Shown here: in pieces, positions 56,321 to 64,000 of the stretch
Position numbering within the stretch: the stretch's first letter is position 1
Layout: each line of letters begins with the position of its first letter
Assembly (NCBI GenBank): GCA_965219415.1
Contig: OZ244742.1
Span: 608,001-672,000 of the forward strand
DNA: 64,000 bases
Direction of reading: 5' to 3'
Source: Candidatus Marinacidobacterales bacterium
GTDB taxonomy: Bacteria; Acidobacteriota; Vicinamibacteria; Marinacidobacterales; DATDRI01
Notes under the pieces: model-generated
Told to the model about the DNA's origin: nothing
What the model saw: the letters and a program-made list of their open reading frames with translations, nothing else
Database searches by the model: none
Program-made: the position numbers and the translations under genes

Positions 56321-57024
56321 CCGATTTCTCCGAACGCGCGAAGAGAGCGCGCCTTCTAGCCGCACGCTTCCCTGCCGCTCGGGGAGCCCTCGAGTTCGTG
56401 GCCGAGCTGAGTGCTTTCCAGCAAACGGTCGACCCTGAGTCGCCGGCTGACTCACGAGACGGGCTGGTTCGGTTGGTTCGGCGGAGCGGCCCACCCCCGC
56501 TCAGGGAAGAAGCCGAGAGATTGGACCAAGCGAGCTGCGCGAAGGCCATACAAAACTATCTCGATCGGCGCGACCTGAGCTCTCCGCGCAGTTTTTTCGC
56601 ACGTGTGCTGCTGCAGCCCCGTTGGTTAGCAGCGACACCGTCTTCCAAAACGCCGGTTGTCGCGTCGCGGTCCTGCCCTCGATGTGGACATCCTCCACAA
56701 GTCGCATGTCTCAGACCAGAAGGTCATGGATCGGCGCTTTCGCTAGTCTGTTCGTTGTGCCTTGGAGAATGGACTTTTCCTCGCGGCGTATGTCCGGGGT
56801 GCGGTGTCGCCGATGATAAGAAGCTCGCTTATTACTCCGCCGAGGAGATTGGCCACATCCGTGTTCAGGTCTGCGACTCCTGCAAGACCTACATCCATAC
56901 CGTCGACCTCGCTAAGGATGCGGAAGCGATCCCAGATATTGACGAGATCGCCGCCTTGCCGCTCGACGTCTGGGCGCACGAAAAGGATTGTCAGAAAGTT
57001 CACGCTAATCTGGTAGGCATATAG
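56317..57024 (+). CDS. fdhE: formate dehydrogenase maturation protein FdhE
   Basis: CPRCG, CSLC..W.FPR..CPGC, CDSCKTY, DEIAALPLD; start uncertain (CTG overlapping the fdnI stop). Confidence 0.88.
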   Translation: MTDFSERAKRARLLAARFPAARGALEFVAELSAFQQTVDPESPADSRDGLVRLVRRSGPPPLREEAERLDQASCAKAIQNYLDRRDLSSPRSFFARVLLQPRWLAATPSSKTPVVASRSCPRCGHPPQVACLRPEGHGSALSLVCSLCLGEWTFPRGVCPGCGVADDKKLAYYSAEEIGHIRVQVCDSCKTYIHTVDLAKDAEAIPDIDEIAALPLDVWAHEKDCQKVHANLVGI

Positions 57025-57110
57025 CATCCTCTCGTCCGGACGAGCAAGGCCGCCGGCTGAGGCCGGCCCTATCAGGCGAGAAACTACCTGAGCTGATAAA
57101 AGGGTTGTCG

Positions 57111-57271
57111 GTGAAGGCCCCGGCAGCTAAACCCCGTAGCACCACTGGTGCACTAATGCCCCAGGACGAGCTTGGGTCCGATCCGGCTCCCTATCATTGG
57201 CGAGGCTTTGAACGGAAGCACTCCCCAGGGTCAGAATCCTAACAATCGCCATCTCGGGCCGGAGCCTTCAC
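57111..57271 (+). ncRNA. candidate bridge/seek RNA of the IS110 element
   Basis: 13/14-bp closing stem (57111-57124 with 57258-57271) enclosing segments that match the target flank and the donor junction. Confidence 0.7.
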
Positions 57272-57297
57272 TCACAAAAATACATGTGAGGTCAGTG

Positions 57298-58686
57298 ATG
57301 CACAAGCGCGTGAAAAAGAGTGGTAGGAAGTCGAAGAATCTGTCGCCGCAATCGCTGCCGGTGACAAGGTCGAAGGTAGCAGGCATCGATATTGGCAGTC
57401 GTGAGCATTGGGTATGTGGGCCGGCCTTGTCGGACGGTAAAGTGAACGTGCGGGTGTTTTCCCCAACGACACCGTCTTTGAATCAAATGGGGGATTGGCT
57501 CATCGAGCAAGGAGTCGAATCGGTTGCGATGGAAAGCACCTACGTCTATTGGATTCCGATTTATGAGTTGCTTGAATCGCGGGGTCTTGAAGTGGTGCTG
57601 GTAAATGCTCGACAGTTAAAAAACGTCCCCGGGCGTAAAACCGATATGCATGACTGTCAGTGGCTGCAGCTGTTACACAGCTGTGGTCTGTTGCGAGGCT
57701 CGTTTCGTCCTGGTGAGTCGATCTGCCGCCTACGCTCGCTTCACCGACAGCGTTGCAGCCTCATCGAGCAGTGTAGTCGAGCTATTCAATGGATACAGAA
57801 ATCTCTGGACCAAATGAACGTTCAGGTCCATCGTGCAGTGACCGACATTACCGGCGTCACAGGCATGCTCATCGTGCGCGCCATCGTTGATGGTGAGCGT
57901 GACCCGTCAAAGCTGGCTGCATTTCGTGACCAACGCTGCAAGAAGAGCGAAGAGGAGATCGCCGAGCATCTTACCGGCACTTGGCGTGACGAGCATCTTT
58001 TCAACCTCGCATCGGCTCTGCGTCTCTACGATGCGCTACAAGCCGAAGTCGAACTGTTCGACCAGCGTATCCTTGAAGTGCTCATCGAACTCCAGCCGCC
58101 ACAACGCAGACACCACAACGTGCCAGCTCATCCAAATCCGCAAAAACGATACGACATGCAGCATCGGGGCGAGAGCGAACTGCGCAACGAGCTGTGGCGT
58201 TTTGCTGGATGCGACCTCACCAGGATCGACGGAATCAGTCCAACCACCGCCGCCATTGTCCTCACCGAGATCGGATTCGACCTCTCTGATTTCCCTTTCG
58301 AAAAATTCTTCGTCTCATGGCTACATCTCGCCCCACGTCGCCCTATCTCCGGCGGTAAACAACTCTCCAAACGCCGCAACGGCACCGGCTCCAATCGCAT
58401 CGCCGGTGCCTTACGTATGGCCGCTGTATCTCTCTCCCGCTCCAAGACCGCCCTAGGCGCTTACTATCGCCGCACTGCTCGCCGTAAAGATGGCAAAACC
58501 GCCGTCTTTGCTACAGCACGCAAGCTCGCCCAGCTCGTCTTCCGCATGCTCAAATATGGCCACGATTACATCGATATCGGCGAACGCGCCTTCGAAGACC
58601 GTTTTCGCCAAAACCACATCAACGGTTTACAAAAGGCAGCCGAAGCTCTCGGATACACCCTCACTCCCCAGGCTTCCGGAGGGTAG
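57298..58686 (+). CDS. IS110 family recombinase/transposase
   Basis: AGIDIG, AMEST, GRKTD.HD (DEDD RuvC fold), ISGGK (catalytic Ser region), ATARKLA. Confidence 0.93.
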   Translation: MHKRVKKSGRKSKNLSPQSLPVTRSKVAGIDIGSREHWVCGPALSDGKVNVRVFSPTTPSLNQMGDWLIEQGVESVAMESTYVYWIPIYELLESRGLEVVLVNARQLKNVPGRKTDMHDCQWLQLLHSCGLLRGSFRPGESICRLRSLHRQRCSLIEQCSRAIQWIQKSLDQMNVQVHRAVTDITGVTGMLIVRAIVDGERDPSKLAAFRDQRCKKSEEEIAEHLTGTWRDEHLFNLASALRLYDALQAEVELFDQRILEVLIELQPPQRRHHNVPAHPNPQKRYDMQHRGESELRNELWRFAGCDLTRIDGISPTTAAIVLTEIGFDLSDFPFEKFFVSWLHLAPRRPISGGKQLSKRRNGTGSNRIAGALRMAAVSLSRSKTALGAYYRRTARRKDGKTAVFATARKLAQLVFRMLKYGHDYIDIGERAFEDRFRQNHINGLQKAAEALGYTLTPQASGG

Positions 58687-58711
58687 TTTCGGGTCAGGTG
58701 CGACTCTAGGG

Positions 58712-59493
58712 CTACCGAATATCGGTCAAATTCGGTGCTGGCGGATTGGGGTACTTTAGGAGCGACTCCTTGTACTGGTTGAACATCGAAGCAGATCCAA
58801 AAGAGCAGGTCAACGTCGCCCACTTGAACGGTTGGGTGGTCGCCCCGTACCTTCAGCTGGTTCGTCATCGTTCCGGGGACGGAAAACAAGTTGCAGCGAG
58901 ATGAGGTGACACTCGGCGAGATGTTCGACCACGCTGGCTACAACACCACCTACATCGGCAAGTGGCACCTCGACGCAGACGAAGACAGCCAGCCCTAAAA
59001 CCAGGGGTTCGAGCAGTGGCTCGTCGGGTTCTCCGGGACCACGGACGTGGTGCTGTACTCCACGAAGATGGCGGAGTTGGGTGCTCCGAAGACGCTGCGG
59101 GACTCGCTGCAGTACTCGATCATCGAGGCGAGGGGACGGCACGAAATGTTGAAGGTGCGTCCCTACGACCTGGAGTAGCGAGAGACCAAGGCGGATGGAG
59201 TAGCGGCCGGTCATCAGCCCGGCGCGGCTCGGTGTGCAGCCCGGCTCGACGAGGAACTAGGTGAAGCGCATCCCCTCCGCCGCGAGTTGGTCGATTCGCG
59301 GGGTTCGCATATCACCGCGGGTGCCTCCGTTGTAGGACGATACATCGCCGTAGCCGAGGTTATCGGCAAGCATGAGGACGACGTTGGGTTTGTCCTTCTG
59401 CGCCGACGCCGGCGCAAGATTCAGGAGGAGTATGGTCGCGGTGACGGCAAGAAATCTCGTCGACTCTCGCATGTCCATGTTTTCAACCCTCAC
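58712..59493 (-). pseudogene. arylsulfatase, disrupted by nonsense codons, deletion and internal inversion
   Basis: PNVVLMLADNLGYGD, TPRID, CTPSRAGLMTGRY on minus; IGKWHL segment on plus; C-terminal KYPNPPAPNLT on minus. Confidence 0.85.
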
Positions 59494-60322
59494 TCTCTCG
59501 ACACGAGCAGGATCTCCCGGTCGCCAAGGGACTGGATCGGACGGTTGTTGCGATGGAGATGCGATGTGAGTGCCGCCATCTGCTCCGGCGAGATTTGGTG
59601 CTTCTCAGCAGCCACAATCCATTCCACGCTCTCGGAGCAGGGCGGCGTAGTGAGTGAACCCCGGTAGCGGTAATAGCTTCCGGGTGGCGGCTGAAGCTCG
59701 GTGATGTCGATCCGCGAGGCTTCGAAGTGACGCGTGTCGCCGGAGCCCGACGGCAAGGCATCGATCAACGAATCCCAGGCTGGGTCGTGCTTGCCCTCCT
59801 CGACCAGCGAACCGATGACCGCCAGCTTGCCGTCCGCGGACTTATGGACCACGTGCACTTCGAGCGGCGCATGCTCGCCGTTGATCGTGTGCTCGGAAGG
59901 AGCGTGGAAATGATACTGGACGAGCTGGTAGTGCTCGTCATCGAGGTCTTAGCGTTGCGGGAACGTCGCTCATTACCTGGATTGTGTGGCCGTTATCGAT
60001 GAGGTCCAAGACCTGGGCCCGCTGCTGGAGCGTGATCACCTCTTGGCCTAGCCTCCGCGCGAGCGCGGCGCCTTCGACTGCCCTCGCCCCCACGAGGTCA
60101 ATCGGCGATTGCTCGGCCCCTTCCCCGCACGCGTTGAATTCGGGGCTCAGGTCTGCCCAGTGTGGGGGGCTACTCTCCCCACTCGTACCCCCGGTGAATT
60201 TCATGCGGTTCCGCGTCGTGGTTTGCCGCCTGCTCGTGCGCACCCTGGCCACAGGCGGCGAGAGCCACGAGACCCAAGCAAAGCCACAAACCGCTCTTTA
60301 CAGATCCTTCGACATCTCTCAT
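59490..60322 (-). pseudogene. alpha carbonic anhydrase lipoprotein, frameshifted
   Basis: LAAC lipobox, QSPIDL, NGHTIQV, QYHFHAPSEH, E.H.VH, YRGSLTTPPCSE, NNRP.Q over three frames. Confidence 0.85.
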
Positions 60323-60349
60323 CTTCTCTTCATCCTCAAGCTAGCACTA

Positions 60350-60583
60350 TCAGCGTTGGAACATCGTCAGCTCCCAGGCATCCGTCACCTCGTTGTGCTG
60401 CAAGATGTAAACAGCGCCGTCGTTACCCCTTAACTTGAAATAGGAGTGATCGGGAGCGAGCCAACGATCGACAACCTCCACCACCTCGACCTCACGCTCA
60501 CCGAGGAAGAACCTCCTCGGCGTCTCCTCTCCACGATGCCCCGCGTAACACTCGACACGGACCGCTAAGTCGGGTTCGCTCAT
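60350..60583 (-). CDS. small conserved hypothetical protein (DUF6504-like)
   Basis: VECYAGHRGEETPRRF..V..VVDRW..PDHSYFK..YIL..WEL. Confidence 0.7.
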   Translation of the reverse strand: MSEPDLAVRVECYAGHRGEETPRRFFLGEREVEVVEVVDRWLAPDHSYFKLRGNDGAVYILQHNEVTDAWELTMFQR

Positions 60584-60590
60584 TTCCCGG

Positions 60591-60614
60591 TCAGGCTATC
60601 AGGCTGTCAGGCGC
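60591..60614. repeat. 3x 8-bp tandem repeat TCAGGC(TA/TG/GC)
   Basis: tcaggcta tcaggctg tcaggcgc. Confidence 0.5.
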
Positions 60615-62613
60615 GCTTAATCAATATTCCCGTGCGATCATCCGCCGCCGGCGCCCCGTGCGTGAACTCCTCGACGGCTTCTCGGATGTGCCGCATGATC
60701 TCCGACGCTGCGGCTTTTTTGTGTTTCCGTATCAATTCCAAGGTGCGCTCGACATCGAACTCTTCATCGTTGGGGTCGGTCGACTCATAGATGCCGTCCG
60801 AGAAAACCACGTAGATGTCTCCTGGTTCCATCTCCCACTTCACCGGTGTGGTGCCGGTGAGGGCAGGCATCAGACCCAACGGAATCGAGTCCGCCTCGGT
60901 CACGCTAAACTCGTCGCTGGCGGCGCGATAGTGAACGAGTGGTCCTTGTCCCGCGCTAAAGGTGGTCAAGGACTTGGAGTTTGGATCGAGGGCACCTAGC
61001 CAGGCAGTGATGAAGCGGCCAGGAGGCAGGTCTTGGCATAACTGTTCGTTCATTAGCCCTGCGATCGCGACGAGATCGCGGGACATCCGCACCGCCACGC
61101 GCAGCATCGCCCGCACTTGCGTCACCGATAGCGCGGGACCGATACCATGACCGGTCGCGTCGGCGAGGAGCAGCACCGCGCGACTCGCTTGTCCTTCGGT
61201 CAAGATAATCTCATCACTCAGTGCAGCGCCGCCCATTCCAATGACATCGTAGGTGTCGCCGCCGGTCTCGTCGGCCGGTTCACTCCACGCGTCGAGGTCG
61301 AAACCCGGCAGAAGCGGAAGAGTCGTCGGGAAGGTGTTTTGCTGGATACGCCGAGCCAGTCTCAGATCGTCTTCGATCTTGAGCAATGACTGGAGCCCCT
61401 TGCGCATGGTGTCGTGGGATTTAGCCAGCCGATGGACTTCACGAACCGGAGTCACGATCGGTTCGCCTGGCTCGAGATCGCCCCGGCTCATACGCTCGCT
61501 TTCGTGGACCAGTGCCTCGATCGGTTCGCTGTAGCGATTCGCCAGCACGACCACTCGAGCAATGCCTAAGGCGAGCATGAAAAGCGTTATCGCCACGATT
61601 CCCATCCGTTGTTTCTGCACTTCACCGACCAAATCCGCCTCCGGCACAGCCACACCTATGAGCAACCGTCGTCCGCCACCGAGCTCGAAAGGACGAACTT
61701 GGCCCCACCATGCTTCCCCATCGCTGACGACGCGTACCGCCTGACCCCTCTGATCCTGCGGGGCGTCCAGAGCCTCCGATAGATCCCGCGCCACGGGTGT
61801 GTCGAGCTCGGCCGGCCTCTTGAGCAGGTCCTCTTCGAAATCCTCGGCGTCGTCATAGCGCCCACCGCCGGGGAGCCCGATGAGGCGTCCGTCCTCGCTC
61901 AGCACGAAGGCGCGTCCGCCCGTCAGCACATCGATCTTGGTGGTGAAGCGCGAGATGTCAGTAAGCAACACGTCAAGAGCCACGACGCGAAGCTCGTCCT
62001 CTCCCTGCGGGAACGCTAACGATGTCGTGATGCCCGGCTCTTTGGTGGTGAAGAAAGTGTAGGGCTCGGTCCAATGTATGTTGCCGCGCTGACTGGCCGC
62101 TCCTTGAAACCAGGGTCTCTCTCGAGGATCGTAATCGAGCAGCTCCTCTGAGATCGCCGGCTCGGTGTCGGCGGTCCAGCGTCGCCAGTGTGCCTGCCCA
62201 CCCGATGTGCCGACGCGGACTTGTCGGCCGATCCAAAGATCACCGACGCGTAGCAGCATATTCTCGCGACCCGCATCATTGGCCACCATAGCCGAGGTGA
62301 CCCAGGGATACTGCCGCATCATCGGTTCCAGCAGCTGATCGATGGCGGCGGGGTTGTCGAGATCGAGCAAACCGGCCTCACTCCACTGCCGAAGATAGAA
62401 GAGCTGCTGCGTCACCGGATCGAAGAACCCGTCGAGCTGCGCGTCGACGCGTTCGACCGTCTGCTCGATGAGCGACTGTGAGAACCGGCGCACCGCCCGT
62501 TGGCTCCCCATGTAAGTGAGGGCGAGGATCGCTCCCCCGAGCAAGAGCACGATCAGCACGAGATTGCCGAGCAAACTACGCCGGATGGGAACGGTACGAG
62601 CCATATTCCGCAT
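60607..62613 (-). CDS. membrane sensor phosphatase: Cache + HAMP + SpoIIE/PP2C
   Basis: YDPRERPWF, WTEPYTFFTT, TGGDTYD, ADATGHG, FSDGIYE, DDRT. Confidence 0.9.
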   Translation of the reverse strand: MRNMARTVPIRRSLLGNLVLIVLLLGGAILALTYMGSQRAVRRFSQSLIEQTVERVDAQLDGFFDPVTQQLFYLRQWSEAGLLDLDNPAAIDQLLEPMMRQYPWVTSAMVANDAGRENMLLRVGDLWIGRQVRVGTSGGQAHWRRWTADTEPAISEELLDYDPRERPWFQGAASQRGNIHWTEPYTFFTTKEPGITTSLAFPQGEDELRVVALDVLLTDISRFTTKIDVLTGGRAFVLSEDGRLIGLPGGGRYDDAEDFEEDLLKRPAELDTPVARDLSEALDAPQDQRGQAVRVVSDGEAWWGQVRPFELGGGRRLLIGVAVPEADLVGEVQKQRMGIVAITLFMLALGIARVVVLANRYSEPIEALVHESERMSRGDLEPGEPIVTPVREVHRLAKSHDTMRKGLQSLLKIEDDLRLARRIQQNTFPTTLPLLPGFDLDAWSEPADETGGDTYDVIGMGGAALSDEIILTEGQASRAVLLLADATGHGIGPALSVTQVRAMLRVAVRMSRDLVAIAGLMNEQLCQDLPPGRFITAWLGALDPNSKSLTTFSAGQGPLVHYRAASDEFSVTEADSIPLGLMPALTGTTPVKWEMEPGDIYVVFSDGIYESTDPNDEEFDVERTLELIRKHKKAAASEIMRHIREAVEEFTHGAPAADDRTGILIKRA

Positions 62614-62719
62614 GGAGTCTAATGGAGTCTAATAGAAGGGCGGGTGACTTCATAGGCCTTCCTTGAATCCCGACCGCTTTGAGCATAGATTTACCTCCAA
62701 AGCGTTGATTTCGCGAGAT

Positions 62720-63559
62720 ATGACAAGTTATCTGCAGCCCACTGAACTATCCCAAGCCCTCGAGGCGTTGAGCGCCGAAAAGCGCTTGATCATTGCCGGC
62801 GGAACCGATTTCTATCCCGCACGCGTCGGCAAACCGCTGGATGAGAACGTCCTCGATATCACTGCGATCTCGGCGCTCCGAGCAATAGAGGAGAGGGACG
62901 AGCGTTACTACCTGGGCTCCCTCACCACCTGGACCGACCTCCTGCGAAAGCCCCTTCCCCCTTGGTTCGATGGCCTCAAACTCGCGGCGCGTGAGATCGG
63001 CGGCGTTCAAATCCAGAATGCAGGCACCATCTGCGGCAACATCTGCAATGCTTCTCCGGCGGCCGATGGCGTTCCCAACCTCATGACGCTCGAAGCCGAA
63101 GTCCAGATCGCTTCGGCTCGGGGCGAACGCTCCGTACCGATCGAAGCCTTCATTACCGGCAATCGCGGGACGGTGCTCGAACCACACGAGCTCGTCACCG
63201 GCCTGACGATTCCGACACCGACACGACCCGCGCGGGCGCACTTTCTCAAGCTGGGCACTCGCAAGTATCTCGTCATCTCGAGCGTCATGGTCTCCGCGGT
63301 GGTTGAGATCGAGTCGGAAGCGGTGGCCGCCGCCCGCATTGCCGTCGGTTCGTGCTCCGTGGTGGCCCGAAGACTGGGGGAGCTCGAGCGCGAGCTGGTA
63401 GGCCGAGCACTCGATGCGACGTTCGGCGAAATTGTTCGTGCCGATCACCTGTCTTCACTATCCCCCATCGACGACGTGCGCGCGACCGCTGCATACCGAA
63501 ACGACGCGGCGCTTACTCTCGTTCGACGAACTCTCAACGAGCTCGGGGACGCTCGATGA
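62720..63559 (+). CDS. xanthine dehydrogenase family FAD subunit
   Basis: IAGGTDFYP, IQNAGTICGNICNASPAADG, FLKLGTRKYLVIS, PIDDVRA. Confidence 0.9.
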   Translation: MTSYLQPTELSQALEALSAEKRLIIAGGTDFYPARVGKPLDENVLDITAISALRAIEERDERYYLGSLTTWTDLLRKPLPPWFDGLKLAAREIGGVQIQNAGTICGNICNASPAADGVPNLMTLEAEVQIASARGERSVPIEAFITGNRGTVLEPHELVTGLTIPTPTRPARAHFLKLGTRKYLVISSVMVSAVVEIESEAVAAARIAVGSCSVVARRLGELERELVGRALDATFGEIVRADHLSSLSPIDDVRATAAYRNDAALTLVRRTLNELGDAR

Positions 63560-64000
63560 AGAGCAAATCGCCTGCGATCTCCCTCACGGTGAACGGCCGC
63601 GCCGCTACCGTGAACGCCAATCCCATTCAGCGGCTGGTCTATGTTTTGAGGGACGAGCTCGGACTGACAGGGACGAAGATCGGTTGCGACGCAGGAGACT
63701 GTGGCGCCTGCACCGTCCTTTTGGACGACGAACAGGTCTGCTCTTGTCTGGTTCCGGTCGGGCAGACGGCGGGTCGCCGGGTGGTGACCGTCGAGGGGCT
63801 CGCCGAAAACGGCCGTTTGAGTCTGCTTCAAGAGTCCTTCCACCGGCACGGAGCGGCGCAATGCGGCATCTGCACACCCGGCATGCTGATGGCCGCTGCC
63901 GATCTGCTGCGCCGAAAATCCAACCCGTCGAAACTGGAAGTCGAAGATGCTCTCGGTGGCGTGCTCTGCCGCTGCACGGGTTACCAGAAGATCGTGGAAG
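63556..64000 (+). CDS. (2Fe-2S) domain of a xanthine dehydrogenase family protein (partial, runs off the window)
   Basis: MKSKSP..GTKIGCDAGDCGACTV, QCGICTPG, LCRCTGY; ATGA overlap with the upstream gene. Confidence 0.88.
   Translation, partial: MKSKSPAISLTVNGRAATVNANPIQRLVYVLRDELGLTGTKIGCDAGDCGACTVLLDDEQVCSCLVPVGQTAGRRVVTVEGLAENGRLSLLQESFHRHGAAQCGICTPGMLMAAADLLRRKSNPSKLEVEDALGGVLCRCTGYQKIVE

Larger units (their letters stand above)
57072..58698 (+). mobile_element. IS110-family element with sub-terminal inverted repeats (IS1111/ISPa11-like ends)
   Basis: TCAGG at both ends (57072-57076 and 58694-58698); sub-terminal IR GAAACTACC (57080-57088) / GGTAGTTTC (58682-58690). Confidence 0.88.

Noticed and set aside
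58990-59260. Pyrrolysine or stop-codon readthrough in the sulfatase
   Set aside because: Both TAG and TAA occur together with an inversion and a deletion; ordinary decay explains them.

Overview
GC-rich bacterial DNA; gene content and repeat types suggest Acidobacteriota (inference only). The window is dense in molybdoenzyme genes. It holds a form II cox-like operon (coxS-L-M-D-E-xdhC, AYRGAGR motif) running into an AttEFGH-type ABC system and puuD. It also holds a form I aerobic CO dehydrogenase cluster (mocA-coxM-S-L-xdhC/YHS-coxG, AYRCSFR motif), a selenocysteine formate dehydrogenase operon (fdnGHI-fdhE, in-frame TGA plus SECIS) and the start of a fourth, xanthine-dehydrogenase-like enzyme. 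Four IS copies are present: one IS3, two near-identical ISL3 that bracket the form I cox cluster, and one IS110-family element. The IS110 5' non-coding end contains a readable candidate bridge RNA, with guides matching both its own insertion site and its own circle junction. Many accessory genes are broken. Some carry single homopolymer indels that may be sequencing errors. Others (Clp ATPase, sulfatase, HNH element) show internal inversions, deletions or nonsense codons. No rRNA, intact tRNA or CRISPR array was seen.
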